Part shown: positions 10,454 to 21,632 of the stretch, in pieces
How the letters are laid out: every line of letters begins with the position of its first letter
Position numbering within the stretch: position 1 is the first letter of the stretch
Source of the DNA: an uncultured virus (IMG/VR IMGVR_UViG_2061766007_000288)
Lineage: Duplodnaviria; Heunggongvirae; Uroviricota; Caudoviricetes
DNA length: 64,000 nt
Virus record (IMG/VR): IMGVR_UViG_2061766007_000288
Reading direction: 5' to 3' (one strand)
The notes under the pieces: generated by a model
What the model was told of the DNA's origin: nothing
Seen by the model: the letters and a program-made list of their open reading frames with translations, nothing else
Database searches by the model: none
Position numbers and translations under genes: made by a program

Positions 10454-10939
10454 ATGAGCAAAAAAACTACCAAAACCAATCTTGAACTCGGCGCCGAAGT
10501 TTTCGATAACTATATCAACGCCAAGAAGACCTTGACCTCCCGTATCAAGGCCGCCCTTGACATCATGGCACAGTGCAACTCCCTTGATGTGGAGCCGAAG
10601 GATGCCGCCAAGTGGGTCGCCCATGAGACCACTAAGGTCTCCAGTCACCAGTGGCAGTACAATGCCGGCCACGAGACAATCTACTGTCAGCACATGTATG
10701 ATTTCCGTGGCAGTTTTAATAAGAAGTGCACCGTGAAGATGCCCGTCAGGTACCTTGGTATGACCGATATGGAAATCATCAAGGAGAACCGCGAGGCTGC
10801 CATAAAGGCCCTGGAAGAACAGCGCAAGGCCCTCGAAGATAGCATTGTTGAGGTGAGTAAGCCGATTAACGACAAAATCGGCAAGATTGACGCACAGATC
10901 GAGGCATTGAAGAAGGAACCCGTCAATGAAAATGTTTGA
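10454..10939 (+). CDS. hypothetical protein (leaderless; C-terminal coiled coil)
   Basis: TACATT-TGTTGC-ATG. Confidence 0.75.
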   Translation: MSKKTTKTNLELGAEVFDNYINAKKTLTSRIKAALDIMAQCNSLDVEPKDAAKWVAHETTKVSSHQWQYNAGHETIYCQHMYDFRGSFNKKCTVKMPVRYLGMTDMEIIKENREAAIKALEEQRKALEDSIVEVSKPINDKIGKIDAQIEALKKEPVNENV

Positions 10940-11405
10940 TGCAGAGCATCCAATGCGAGTTTTCGTATCTGGTAGTTCGGCGCTAACCGAGCTTACCCCG
11001 GAAATGATGAATGCACTGAACGACATGATGGCAAGAAAGGTGCAGTTTCTCATCGGCGATTGCTATGGTGCTGATGAACTGGCGCAGCGGTATCTGAAGG
11101 CAAACGGTTACGAAAATGTAATTGTCTATTGTTCACAGGAGAAACCGCATGCCAGACGCATCTGTTATGATCGCGTGAAATCACTGTGGAACAAGGCGAA
11201 GGGTAAGACCGGTGAAGAATTTTACCAGGTAAAGGATGCGGCAATGGCGGAAGATTGCGACATTGCACTGGCGTTCTGGGACGGAACATCCTATGGTGTC
11301 AAGTGTAACATTGAAAGATGCAAGAAGCTGGGCAAGCCGTGCAAGGTGTTCCTGACACCGCTGTTCCAGAAGAGCAAGGAAAACACCCCGACAAATTTCG
11401 TTTAA
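10926..11405 (+). CDS. SLOG-superfamily (YspA-like) nucleotide-binding protein
   Basis: VFVSGS...IGDCYGAD...AMAEDCDIALAFWDGTSYG. Confidence 0.7.
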   Translation: MKMFDAEHPMRVFVSGSSALTELTPEMMNALNDMMARKVQFLIGDCYGADELAQRYLKANGYENVIVYCSQEKPHARRICYDRVKSLWNKAKGKTGEEFYQVKDAAMAEDCDIALAFWDGTSYGVKCNIERCKKLGKPCKVFLTPLFQKSKENTPTNFV

Positions 11406-11415
11406 GGAAATACCC

Positions 11416-12825
11416 ATGTCAGTGAAGGATTTGAAGAAACAGCTTGATAAGTGCGATGCTGAACATGAACAGCAAGTAAAAGATTGCACCGATAAGGAAC
11501 TGGAAACCAAGGAGGCCATGGCGAAGGCAAATGCGGCGTATAGCAGTGCCTTGGCTGCATTGAAGAATGCAAAGGAAACTAGGATTTCCGACCGCCTAAA
11601 AATTGCCAAGGATTTCATTGACAATGAAATCAAGGTGGACCTGAAACTCCCCAAGTATGACCGGGAGGATGTCACCAAGCTCATGATTGAGCTCAGACAG
11701 ATCCGGTCGAAACATCATACCATTGAGGATAGGGTCGAGATTGCAAAGCGTTTCTGGCGGTTAAGGTCGTACTTTGTAAAGTTTCCGTTACTTATGCGCA
11801 TCAAGGCTGCGTTGGAAAAGAAGAAGCCCGAATGGAAAATCGAATTCCGTCCGAATGAGAGCGATGAAAAGAAACATTGGTCGGTTACACAGAACTGGAG
11901 GATCGAAAAGAACACAATGGATTATCCAGGACTGGATGAAGAATGGCGCGGCAAATTCGGAGACTATCAGTTCGGGGCGTTATATTTGGGTGATACATTC
12001 CTCTGTGGGGTGACATGCGAACCGCGTGTCTCAAACAACTGGCACGCAACCGAGTTTAGTCCTGACTACACAACGCACTGGTTCCATTTTTGCCACCCGA
12101 CACTACTTAACGATGTCACACCCCAGTATTGGATTCAGGGCGCCGGCGTTAGACCTATATCGTTCTCGAACTTCGATATATGCGACCGAGACTGCCGTGA
12201 TGGCTATCAGAATGTGCACAGCGTGAACGAGATACGAGCTGCCGCCATGGACATTACGCCGGAATTCCTCATTGGCGAAGCGAACAAGCTGAAACCGAGA
12301 ACTTTTCGTGATGCGAACAAGGAATATTACACGCCCGGTGATTACAGGAACATGTGCAACATCCTATCATCCATCTGTGAGACCGGTTTGTTCAGTGGAC
12401 ACTACAAGGGCGGGTGCAACTACTGGCCCTATGAGGATAACACTGATGGCTATGAACCGGATCCGCGAACAAGGCGACCAATGGATGAAAACGAGATTGC
12501 CGGTGCGATTATTCAGCACTTGGAAACTGTAGCCGAAGCGGAAGCCCGGCGCAAGGCCCAGGAGGAAGAAGAGAAGCGCATAGCAAATCTTCCCAAGAAC
12601 TGTGAAGAGGCAATCGGTATCAAGTACCCGTGGGCAACCAAGGTCGAGAAGGTATTGGATGGACGTGATGGATATTCCTACTTCAATGTCTATTGTGGTG
12701 GCAAGCACATCATGTTGTGCCAGCGTGATACAGGATATGTGGAATGGAAACGTGATTTCGATAAGGATTATCGGCAATTGAGTGATAGCCAAGTCAAGTA
12801 TTACCTAACCGGAAAGGAAAAGTAA
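11416..12825 (+). CDS. hypothetical protein, 469 aa
   Basis: Long ORF with AAGGA RBS. Confidence 0.8.
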   Translation: MSVKDLKKQLDKCDAEHEQQVKDCTDKELETKEAMAKANAAYSSALAALKNAKETRISDRLKIAKDFIDNEIKVDLKLPKYDREDVTKLMIELRQIRSKHHTIEDRVEIAKRFWRLRSYFVKFPLLMRIKAALEKKKPEWKIEFRPNESDEKKHWSVTQNWRIEKNTMDYPGLDEEWRGKFGDYQFGALYLGDTFLCGVTCEPRVSNNWHATEFSPDYTTHWFHFCHPTLLNDVTPQYWIQGAGVRPISFSNFDICDRDCRDGYQNVHSVNEIRAAAMDITPEFLIGEANKLKPRTFRDANKEYYTPGDYRNMCNILSSICETGLFSGHYKGGCNYWPYEDNTDGYEPDPRTRRPMDENEIAGAIIQHLETVAEAEARRKAQEEEEKRIANLPKNCEEAIGIKYPWATKVEKVLDGRDGYSYFNVYCGGKHIMLCQRDTGYVEWKRDFDKDYRQLSDSQVKYYLTGKEK

Positions 12826-12826
12826 C

Positions 12827-13181
12827 ATGAAAGAAACATACAGTGCAGATATCGTCCAGATTTACTATAAGGTGAATGTCCGTACCGGCGAGAACTGGGA
12901 CGACATTGACCTCGAAGATGAACGGAAAATCTTCCCGGAAATGCTTACCTGGTTCGGACCCACATGGTTCGCACGTAACTTTCCGCACAACGAGGACGAC
13001 TTGCCGAAGGGTGTCGAGCCCGCACAGCATTTCCTCACATGGGACAAGAAGAAGGGTATCTGCCTTTGTGTCGGGTACTACATTGACCAGGACATCATTG
13101 ACGATACCGATGATTTCAAGGAAACCTTGGCCAAGATTATCGACGATGCCGAGGGCCAGTTCTCGGACGGATGGGGCGAAG
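12827..13181 (+). CDS. phage paralog family member A (5' part, truncated by gap)
   Basis: LPKGVE...GICLCVGYYID...GQFSDGWGE; homologous to 13786-14523. Confidence 0.7.
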
Positions 13182-13785
13182 NNNNNNNNNNGCACTTCTT
13201 GCGGCGAACCTTGATTGCGGTAGTCAAGTCAATATTCCCAAGCTTTTCCTCATCGGCTTTCACCATCTCGTCGAACAGCTTTTTCCTGCAGTGTCGGCAG
13301 AGTTCTGAGGTATACGCCCAATAGCGGGAATCCTTGGTTTCTTTCATGAACGCCCGGGAGACCGGTCCTATCATCGCCTTTGGCATACCATAGCANNNNN
13401 NNNNNCTTTCTTCGGCTTCATATAATCAATAATCTCCTCTACGGACATCGCGTTCCATCGACTTCCTGTGCTTCCTTGTATAGTGAAACATTGAACGGTA
13501 GAACTGCTTAAAGATACGCTTTGCTTCCGGGCTTTCCTTTGGAATTTTCTTCATCCTTAGCTCGTAGGCTACGCATCCCGTCTCCACTGTATGGACACGG
13601 CACTTATGNNNNNNNNNNATACCGACTGGATGCTTGGCTACGACAACGATGCATTCAACATCTGCTTCAACAAGGCAGCGCATGAAAAGAAGCTCCAGGA
13701 AAACAAGTATTTCGGTATTGGCAAGGAAGAAATCTTCAAGTTCATTGAAAAGAACAAGAAGCACTTCTTCATCGCGAGGTAGTCA

Positions 13786-14523
13786 ATGAGTACACATGAG
13801 CAGAGCGAAACCATACAGCTCCTGTACAAGCTGAACATCCGGTCCCTGGAAGACGAGGACGAGGACTATGACGGGGATATCTACTACGACCCGGAAACCC
13901 AGGCGCCCATTTTCGCCGACCTGATGTCCGCATTTACCCATTCGTACCAGGCGGTCGATGCTCCGTACTACGAGCTCCCCAAGGGTGTCGAGGGCAGCAA
14001 CTATTTCATGTCCTTCGACAAGGAACTAGGGGCCGTTCTGTGCGTCAATTACCGCATCCAGCATAAGATACTCTACGATACCGAAAAGTTCATTGCAGCA
14101 CTCAAGGCGATTGACGATGATATCGGGCGTAATTTCGACAGTTGGATTGATTGCCATTTCGAGTTCAAGTCATGTGGAAAGCATCTCAGCGTATCGGCGA
14201 GTTGGGGTCCTGACCGGATCGTCGCCCCGGTGGCATGTACTTCCCAGTTCCTGTTCAGGTGGAACAATATCGACGAAATCGAGAAGGTGGACTGGGCGAT
14301 TGGCAATGAGAATGACGCACTCAACATCGTGCGGCCTTCGGGGCGTCATGAGGAAGAAGTCGCAAGGGTCAAACGCCGCATCGAGGACCTTACCGAGTTA
14401 TTGAAGCAGAGAGGCGAAGATGTGGACGGGAACATTTCCATCCAGCATGACAAAGAGTTGCTGGAAATGTTCAAGTGGGTGGAAGCCCACAAGGACCGGT
14501 ACTTCTACGGAACCTACTGCTAG
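13786..14523 (+). CDS. phage paralog family member B
   Basis: LPKGVEG...GAVLCVNYRI...VDWAIGNENDALNI. Confidence 0.75.
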   Translation: MSTHEQSETIQLLYKLNIRSLEDEDEDYDGDIYYDPETQAPIFADLMSAFTHSYQAVDAPYYELPKGVEGSNYFMSFDKELGAVLCVNYRIQHKILYDTEKFIAALKAIDDDIGRNFDSWIDCHFEFKSCGKHLSVSASWGPDRIVAPVACTSQFLFRWNNIDEIEKVDWAIGNENDALNIVRPSGRHEEEVARVKRRIEDLTELLKQRGEDVDGNISIQHDKELLEMFKWVEAHKDRYFYGTYC

Positions 14524-14740
14524 GGGGATCTATGGCTGAGCAATACTCATATTGTGTGGTGGAAGACATCCTTAGCGATGAATTCGATGCTGACGGCCTC
14601 CCTATCCCCACGGGGAGAGTTCACATCCTGTTTGATGGCGGTTTCGATGAAGAAGCGTGCCTCAAGTGGATGGAAGAACACCCGGAACAGTGCAATACGC
14701 CTTCAGTGCGGATAATGTCGTTTCCGGAAGGTGATTAATC

Positions 14741-15151
14741 ATGGTAAGACATGTCATATATGGTGCCGTGGTCGGCAGCTTCCTTATGAAACTTGCCGAA
14801 CGTTTCACAATGTCTTTTGGGAAATTTGTTCCTGCGCAAATCGAGCCATGCGCGTTAATGATGCGTTATGGGTACGCGGATATATGGTGTGGCGTGGCCC
14901 GTAACGCTATAATTGCCCGTAGGGTTTGCTATTACCTGGAACGGAATCACCCTGACATCGCGCCAAATTTCTATATAGATTGCAAGTTTTTTGATTCCAG
15001 CCGGGAAATGATGCGTGAAACCTTCATGGAACAGTTTCGATCCGGCGAAATTCAAAATATCAAGATATTTGCTGCAAGAATGCCGAAACCGGCGTACATG
15101 CCGCTAATGCGGGCAATGTTTTCATTACCGCCAATTAAAGCAACGCATTGA
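14741..15151 (+). CDS. hypothetical protein
   Basis: 136-aa ORF in operon. Confidence 0.55.
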   Translation: MVRHVIYGAVVGSFLMKLAERFTMSFGKFVPAQIEPCALMMRYGYADIWCGVARNAIIARRVCYYLERNHPDIAPNFYIDCKFFDSSREMMRETFMEQFRSGEIQNIKIFAARMPKPAYMPLMRAMFSLPPIKATH

Positions 15152-15668
15152 CCTTCGCGGCAATGTCGAACATGCGTTCTTCAAGATAGGCCCCTGGGCA
15201 TGCCTTGTTGGCGAACCACTTGTGCAGGGTCATGTTCTGCACCAGGTTTCCGTCGGCATCGGTCTTGCCCACGAGGGTCTTGTCGTGTTTCCAGAGCAGC
15301 TTCTTGATGCCGTTCCTGCGGCAGATGTCGGCTACCAGGTATATGAGTGACGCATAGGCCGCATCGGACACGGCATAGGGCGCCTTGGCGTCACTTGATA
15401 CCTCGATGGTCACTGCGCGGTGGTCGTTGGCAGCGTTGCTGCTGCACCAGCTCCTGGATTCCTCGTTCACATAGAGGCCGATGCGCCCATCCTTGTCCAC
15501 CCCGTAGTTGGATGAGGCCTTCTTTTCCTTCTTCTCGAACATTTTTCCAAGCTGTTCGGCGGTCACCTGACTGGCCGTGCAGTGGATCGTAATCGTGTCG
15601 ATTGCACGGGTGCGCTTGGTGGTCTTGTTAGGGGAAAAGTTGGTGTGGACGACGAGCGGGCTGTTCAT
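15135..15668 (-). CDS. N-acetylmuramoyl-L-alanine amidase (Amidase_2 type; endolysin candidate)
   Basis: ITIHCTA, ASSNYGVD, SWCSSNAAND, TIEV and HKWFANKACPG motifs; late promoter upstream. Confidence 0.88.
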   Translation of the reverse strand: MNSPLVVHTNFSPNKTTKRTRAIDTITIHCTASQVTAEQLGKMFEKKEKKASSNYGVDKDGRIGLYVNEESRSWCSSNAANDHRAVTIEVSSDAKAPYAVSDAAYASLIYLVADICRRNGIKKLLWKHDKTLVGKTDADGNLVQNMTLHKWFANKACPGAYLEERMFDIAAKVNALL

Positions 15669-15776
15669 GAATTTACCTCCATCCGCAGTTTATACCGGTT
15701 GTCAGCGCAGCCGGCTTTTGCTACATTATCGGCATGGGCGAAAAGAACAACATTACAAGGACAAGGAGTAGTACAG

Positions 15777-16076
15777 ATGATTATCACTGCAAGAATGCGG
15801 CCGATTACGGTCAAGTGCGTACAATGGACCGGCGGCAACCGGGAGGAAGTCTCTGATTTCCTGACGAGTAGGGGTGAAACACCCGAGTTCTGGAATACTA
15901 TCGTCGGCACCGAGGGCGGGAGCAAGGATATCTGCGTAGTCACATGGGATGCTGGTGGGCAGAGGTGGGATGCTGATGAAGGCGACTTCATCATCATCAA
16001 GTCACTCAAGGGTGGCTGCTATGCGTGTAAGCGCGAAGAATTTCTTGAAAAGTACGAAATCTTGAAAAAAGAGTAG
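15777..16076 (+). CDS. conserved small phage protein
   Basis: VKCVQWTGGN...EGDFII...YACKREEFLEKYE pattern; AGGAG RBS. Confidence 0.65.
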   Translation: MIITARMRPITVKCVQWTGGNREEVSDFLTSRGETPEFWNTIVGTEGGSKDICVVTWDAGGQRWDADEGDFIIIKSLKGGCYACKREEFLEKYEILKKE

Positions 16077-16207
16077 CCATGATTATTTCAGACGCACGAG
16101 TCGCACAGTACACCAAGTCAGGCGAGACTCCCATATGTCCGTTCGGACATAGGTAGTTCACGATAGTTCATATTGCCATTTTGGCCCCCTTTTGCTACAT
16201 TTGTTGC

Positions 16208-16765
16208 ATGACTGAAACCGAAGAAATCGACAAACTCCTGGAAATTAGCCGGAACGCATATCTTCATGAAAAGGATGCGAAGCTGACCAAAAAACTGCGT
16301 ATCGGCGCCCTGGACGATGCCTTCATGTGTCAAATGATTGGCGCATGCGAGAAATACTATACCCTCATGAAGGAGATGCTGGACTATCCGCGCAGGGACA
16401 ACCTTGCGGGTAGTGAGGCGTTTTTCCGGCTTAGTTGGTGGCATAATGTCTACCTGGAACTGAAAAACCATTTCAGTAATGGCATAGGGTTCACCTTGTA
16501 CCAGCGGACTGAAAATGGATGGGCCTACTTCGCCAGCTGTGTCATATGTCCCAATGGCGACGGGTTCGGCCTATTTACGCCGGAGTGTCATGGTGATCTA
16601 ATCCCGTATCGCTCATCGTGCCGCGAGAGTGCCTATAAGAACATGAGGTATTTCGTGAAGCACTACAAGGATGAATGGCTGTACAAGGCGGTAAGCAAGG
16701 AACTCCGCAAGCGCATCGAGGTCAAGGAGTTCAAGAACCGTCTACACGTGGAAAGTGTCACCTAG
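16208..16765 (+). CDS. hypothetical protein (leaderless)
   Basis: ATG 6 nt after TACATT. Confidence 0.7.
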   Translation: MTETEEIDKLLEISRNAYLHEKDAKLTKKLRIGALDDAFMCQMIGACEKYYTLMKEMLDYPRRDNLAGSEAFFRLSWWHNVYLELKNHFSNGIGFTLYQRTENGWAYFASCVICPNGDGFGLFTPECHGDLIPYRSSCRESAYKNMRYFVKHYKDEWLYKAVSKELRKRIEVKEFKNRLHVESVT

Positions 16766-16800
16766 TTGCCGTCCACTACACAATTTGCTACATTTGGTGT

Positions 16801-17748
16801 ATGATTGCAATAACGCCAAAAATTCGTTTCAAATTATCATATATGCCGGTTGCTCGATGGGCAACCAAGACTGAAATTGCGCCATATCTTGGTATAGCTG
16901 ACAAGCGGTCTTTCAAACTGCGCGATGACTATATGTTTAATTCCATCATGGTTGCCGAGGCAGTTGCTGTCCATCCGGACCAGTATCCCGACAATCTATC
17001 TTCGTTGGTCACTGCGTATGTTTCCTCAGTACCGTCATCGGGCAACGAGTCTTACAGCGTATTAATGGAACACGAATACCTTGCCGATCCGAGCGATCTC
17101 AAAAAGATCTTCTGGATGGCTGGCGAGGATGATAATATCGAAGTCCCGTATGTCTTTGTGGTTTACCTTACCCCCAATCGCAAATACCTGCGTAAGGTTA
17201 AGGTTACTCCTGAAGGTGTAAAGGTGCCCGTCCCGTCCTCACTTGCTGTATTCAACTTGACTGCAGCTAGTGATGGGTATATTAATCTTCCAATTCCCGT
17301 CAAGGACCATATTGCATTCAATGACAAACTGGAAGCGATTGATATCATTGAACATATCGGTGATGCATTGAATGCCAGAATCATCGTGTATCATGACCTG
17401 AAGGAAGCGGTGTTGCAACTGATGGGATATGCCAACCACGACCGCAATGTTGGTCTTAATGGATGGGTGGCTAATTGGTTGAACAATGTACAGGAAAAGA
17501 TCGATGCTGACCACGATGCGCAGCTTGCCGAGTTGAAGCAAAAACACGAATATGACAGTTTCATCAAGTCTCTCCCGCCATTGTCTTTCACTAGTAGCGA
17601 TACCTCTCAGAGCGATACCTCTCAGGGATTTAAGGAAACGGTTCAGCGATATGTTGTAATCGTGATTGCAATGGTTGTTGTATTTATCATCGGACATGCT
17701 ATTATAGAGTTGATAAAGAATACTGCCAATACGGTTGCCGGTAACTGA
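16801..17748 (+). CDS. hypothetical protein with C-terminal transmembrane helix (leaderless)
   Basis: YVVIVIAMVVVFIIGHAII near the C-terminus. Confidence 0.75.
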   Translation: MIAITPKIRFKLSYMPVARWATKTEIAPYLGIADKRSFKLRDDYMFNSIMVAEAVAVHPDQYPDNLSSLVTAYVSSVPSSGNESYSVLMEHEYLADPSDLKKIFWMAGEDDNIEVPYVFVVYLTPNRKYLRKVKVTPEGVKVPVPSSLAVFNLTAASDGYINLPIPVKDHIAFNDKLEAIDIIEHIGDALNARIIVYHDLKEAVLQLMGYANHDRNVGLNGWVANWLNNVQEKIDADHDAQLAELKQKHEYDSFIKSLPPLSFTSSDTSQSDTSQGFKETVQRYVVIVIAMVVVFIIGHAIIELIKNTANTVAGN

Positions 17749-17769
17749 GCTGTTTGCTACATTTGTGTT

Positions 17770-18051
17770 ATGAAATTGTATTCAGTGTCATATGGTCTCA
17801 AAGAGGAGACTGAAATCGAGAAGTGGCTCAAGTTTCTCCATAAAATCAAAGGGTCATACGACTGGCATCATCCAATTGAGACCGTTTGGTTTGTCAAGAG
17901 CGAGAAATCGTCAAGGGAAATTTTTGAGGACCTGTATGAACCCGGTTTGTTCAATGGCTTTATTGTTTCGGAAGTTGAACCGGAATCAATAGAGGCCTGG
18001 GCATCAAATACTTTCTGGATGTGGCTGAAGGAGGATTCACATGAACATTGA
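17770..18051 (+). CDS. small ferredoxin-fold protein (Cas2/VapD-like pattern, uncertain)
   Basis: MKLYSVSYGL...W....TVWFVKSEKS..EIFEDL pattern; leaderless. Confidence 0.45.
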   Translation: MKLYSVSYGLKEETEIEKWLKFLHKIKGSYDWHHPIETVWFVKSEKSSREIFEDLYEPGLFNGFIVSEVEPESIEAWASNTFWMWLKEDSHEH

Positions 18052-18269
18052 AGGTTTCTTCAGTAATGAAGAACAACTTGCCAGGGATGCACGTGGGGTT
18101 GCTGAGTATCTTGCCGATGGCAAAATGTTCGACGATATTTCCGAAGAATTCGAATTCAAGACGGGCGCACAGGCAGGTTTCCGAGAAGGTATCAAGTACG
18201 CAATTGACATCATCAACAATCACATGGCATCCCGCATGTTGGGAAGCTGCACCGACAAGGATGTATAAC

Positions 18270-19292
18270 ATGGAAAAGAAAGACTTAATCAAGGTTGAAA
18301 ATGCCGCAATCCGCGCAGCGGGTTCCCGCATGGCCAAGATGTTCCAGCCAATGGGGGAACATGAAGGCGACAAGGAGGCCAGACGCGCCTTCTATGAAGG
18401 TTTCCAGGAAGGTGCGGCATTCTACCGTCTCCTCATTAGCCGTATCGACGACGAGTTCGCCAATCTCATCGAGGGTGCCCGTCTTGACAGCGGTTACGAG
18501 GAAGATACCCATTCCGTCATGGAAATGTGCATGAAGAATGGCCTTCCTGTAATTACCGCGGTGCAGAAGGCGCCGGGTAAGAAGGAAACCGAAAAACTGC
18601 GCGAGGATGTCAAGAATTTTCTTGCGACAGTCCCGCTTGATATGAGTCCGGACGAGGCCAAGAAGTTTGCCGAGGAACATACCACTGAAAGTGAACCCGA
18701 GGAACCGAGTAAGGATGATTCCGCCGTGCCCGAAACGATTGAAGCCTGCATAAAGGCTACCCCGGAACAATGCCGGGTCTGCGACTCCAATGAGGAGTGC
18801 CCTCGCTCGTGCGCCGATATCGAACAGAATCATGAACAGCAGAAGAGGGTTGTCAAGAAATTCGATATTCCCGTTATCGAAAAGATCCGCGAACAGCAGA
18901 AGAGGGTTGCCAAGAAACTCGAATTTCCTATTGAACGGCCGAAAGCTGAGCCCGAGGAGAAAGTGGAAGAACCGAAGCGCGAAACGACGCAACTTGACCC
19001 CGATGGCTATCCCTTGTGGAAGCGCCCGATGGATAAGATTGAAAAGGTCCTGGAAAACTTTGGTGTCAAGTTTGAACGGCAGGGCGACGAAAATATCCTC
19101 TACCTGCGTTTCAAGAAGGGCGATGTAGAATACACCATCTATTTCGAAAAGCACGATGACGGGAATTACAAGGTAGTATTCTCCGATAAGGATGCGCATG
19201 GCGGAAAATTATTGTGCGATGGCGTAATCGCCGACAGTCTGGCACTAATGGCATTTGAACATAGCCTCGCTAAACATATAACAGGTTGGTAA
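18270..19292 (+). CDS. hypothetical protein with internal repeat
   Basis: EQQKRVVKKFDIP / EQQKRVAKKLEFP repeat; CxxC...C cluster. Confidence 0.7.
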   Translation: MEKKDLIKVENAAIRAAGSRMAKMFQPMGEHEGDKEARRAFYEGFQEGAAFYRLLISRIDDEFANLIEGARLDSGYEEDTHSVMEMCMKNGLPVITAVQKAPGKKETEKLREDVKNFLATVPLDMSPDEAKKFAEEHTTESEPEEPSKDDSAVPETIEACIKATPEQCRVCDSNEECPRSCADIEQNHEQQKRVVKKFDIPVIEKIREQQKRVAKKLEFPIERPKAEPEEKVEEPKRETTQLDPDGYPLWKRPMDKIEKVLENFGVKFERQGDENILYLRFKKGDVEYTIYFEKHDDGNYKVVFSDKDAHGGKLLCDGVIADSLALMAFEHSLAKHITGW

Positions 19293-19377
19293 TCATGGCA
19301 GAAAGTGAACATTTCACCAAGGAACAGCTCCTTGAACAGTGCAAGAACGCGAAGCCCATTCCGGGACGCAACAGCAT

Positions 19378-19940
19378 GGGGATGACAACAGATAGCATCA
19401 TTTCTACCAACAATTACCAACTTTAACCAGTTTCTATATACATTTTCTTGCAATAATACCTTGATTTTTAATGAAAATAATTGTAGATTGTTATAAACTT
19501 AATGATAGATGCAAGTAGGTGGAAGTTCTTGCATAAGACATTATAACGGACTTTTGAATGCCCGATGGACGCTAACTTCCACAATAAGTGTTCATCGGGC
19601 ATTTGCTATATAGACTATGGAACAGCAGTGCGGAAGGAAGATATGCTTGAAGCCGAGCAAGGCACAGGTGCGGACGATGTACCGTATGTGTGCCGTTTCC
19701 CGCCGNNNNNNNNNNTAACTGGAAACTTGCCGAACAGAACAAGGCTTACGAAGAAGCCAAGGCCAATACACCGGAAGGCGAGAAGGTCAAATGCACCCTC
19801 GGTACACCGAGAGATTGGCACAAGGAATGGTGCATCTTCAAGAAACTGTCCGATAACAAGTGGATGACGGAAGTCTCCAAGTTCTGCGGTCAAGAAGCCC
19901 TAATCGACCTCGGTTCCGCATGGAAGCGTTTCTTCAAGGG
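19378..19940 (+). mobile_element. tnpB: IS607-like non-autonomous TnpB element, left part (gapped)
   Basis: GGGG|ATGACAACAG left end and 10-nt periodic repeats. ORF from 19617: MEQQCGRKICLKPSKAQVRTMYRMCAVSR...NWKLA...KWMTEVSK...QEALIDLGSAWKRFFK (TnpB N-terminus). Confidence 0.75.
19509..19603 (+). ncRNA. kissing-loop leader RNA, copy A
   Basis: Stem ATGCAAG/CTTGCAT with loop TAGGTGGAAGTT; stem AATGCCCGATG/CATCGGGCATT with loop containing AACTTCCAC. Confidence 0.8.
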
Positions 19941-20318
19941 NNNNNNNNNNATCGATAGTTTTTTCCTTTGTGACTGTCTTAGAATTTGCTGTCTTTTTGG
20001 TAGTTGCCATTAAAAACTCCCTCAAATAGAGTAGGTCTGTAAATTAATCACGGATTCCGATGAAATCTCTCCGTTCCATCTGAACTTAAAAACGATAGTT
20101 CCTTGAAGGAGATAGTAAACCAACGCATCAACCTTCTCCGGGAATGTTTTCGGCAGTGTAGCATTAATCGGTTGGTCGTCAATGTAGACAGTGCACGATG
20201 TAGACAAGAGTCGTTCAGCCTCGTCGCGGAACATCTTGATGATATCATCATCGTCCCATTTTGTGCCATGGGCAAGAATGTAGTTGTCACGAATTAAAAA
20301 TACCATGTATTTTTCCTT

Positions 20319-20807
20319 TTAGCCATGGGTGAATTCATGTTCAAGCGTGGTAAGTTCGGACAGCATGGCGCCCATGTTCTTGTTTACCCTATGGAGCACC
20401 CTTGCTAGTGCCTTATTGGATATTACCGTAAGGTGATCCATGTCCTTGATGTCGAACTTCGTGTCTTTCTTGGTCCTGCAGAATAGCATGTCGTCAGAAC
20501 GCATGTCCAGTTCATCGGACACGGTGAGACGGTAATCGCAATCACGATCCAGACGGTACTCGCCGGGAGCGAATTTCCGCAAGTTGTCGATCCTGAATAT
20601 CCTGTAATGACCGCCGGCTTCCTTGTCGTAGGTATGCTCGTCATGGGTACCCCATCCACCAAGCGTCACCCACTTGCCAACGAACTTGGCTTTGAGCGCA
20701 TTCGTGTCCTCGGCATCAACCGAGGCTCTGAGCTTGGCCCGTTTGTTGCGCAGGTCCTGAATCTGATGGTCAATGTCGTCAAGTTTCTGGCGTACCGTCT
20801 TCTTCAT
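20319..20807 (-). CDS. hypothetical protein
   Basis: Early promoter and AAGG RBS; MKKTVRQKLDD... Confidence 0.7.
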   Translation of the reverse strand: MKKTVRQKLDDIDHQIQDLRNKRAKLRASVDAEDTNALKAKFVGKWVTLGGWGTHDEHTYDKEAGGHYRIFRIDNLRKFAPGEYRLDRDCDYRLTVSDELDMRSDDMLFCRTKKDTKFDIKDMDHLTVISNKALARVLHRVNKNMGAMLSELTTLEHEFTHG

Positions 20808-20859
20808 AGCTATACCTTTATTGCAAATGTAGCATTCGGGGACACACATGGCAACCTGG

Positions 20860-21321
20860 CTAACCGGGGAACACCTTGTCGAGAACCTTGAAGAACAGGT
20901 AGTGGGCACCGGGGCCCCATGCCGTATTGAATACGCCTGTACCAATAATCCCCCACTTCGCCGGTTCTTGAGCCGTCAATGAACAGTATGTCATTCCCGC
21001 TATGATGGGGAGGCCCACCCAGGTGAAGTAGAGTACCAGGAGAATGCAGATTAAGATGGCCATGCCAAGTCCTGCCATAAGCGCGGCATAGGATTCCGCC
21101 CATGTCTTGTCCTTGAAGAATACAGGCCTCAGGGGCACCGGGGACCACAGGACAATCGCGGCCAACACTAGGATTGCTGGAAACCAGCCTACATCCGGCA
21201 TGTTTGCCACAAACATGTATGCAAGAAAAATAATTCCCGGCAGGAGCACGGCAATCCCAATCATGAACTGTTTCATCAAGTTCCAGACGGCTCCGATGAA
21301 TTCCTTATAGATTTCAATCAT
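20860..21321 (-). CDS. membrane protein
   Basis: Several hydrophobic helices. Confidence 0.65.
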   Translation of the reverse strand: MIEIYKEFIGAVWNLMKQFMIGIAVLLPGIIFLAYMFVANMPDVGWFPAILVLAAIVLWSPVPLRPVFFKDKTWAESYAALMAGLGMAILICILLVLYFTWVGLPIIAGMTYCSLTAQEPAKWGIIGTGVFNTAWGPGAHYLFFKVLDKVFPG

Positions 21322-21632
21322 TTTCTTCTTCCTCCGTACGCAGGGCCCTACGAGTCGCCTGTCTGCATCTTTTGGACGGGCTCCAGTAGCGCAACCTGTT
21401 GTCGATATGGTTATGACGATGGCCACCTTTCAGGTTCGGCCTGTAGTGCTCATGGAATACTATACGGCTCCTAACGGTACCGTCGCTATCCTTGTATATG
21501 ACCACCTCTTCATACTTGCCATCATTGTTATAGATGAAATTTGTATCTGCGTACCATGAATAGCGTTTCATGTCTACCTCAACTTCCAGACGTATTCCAG
21601 GCAATCCTTGTAAACTTCGAGCATGTTATCTC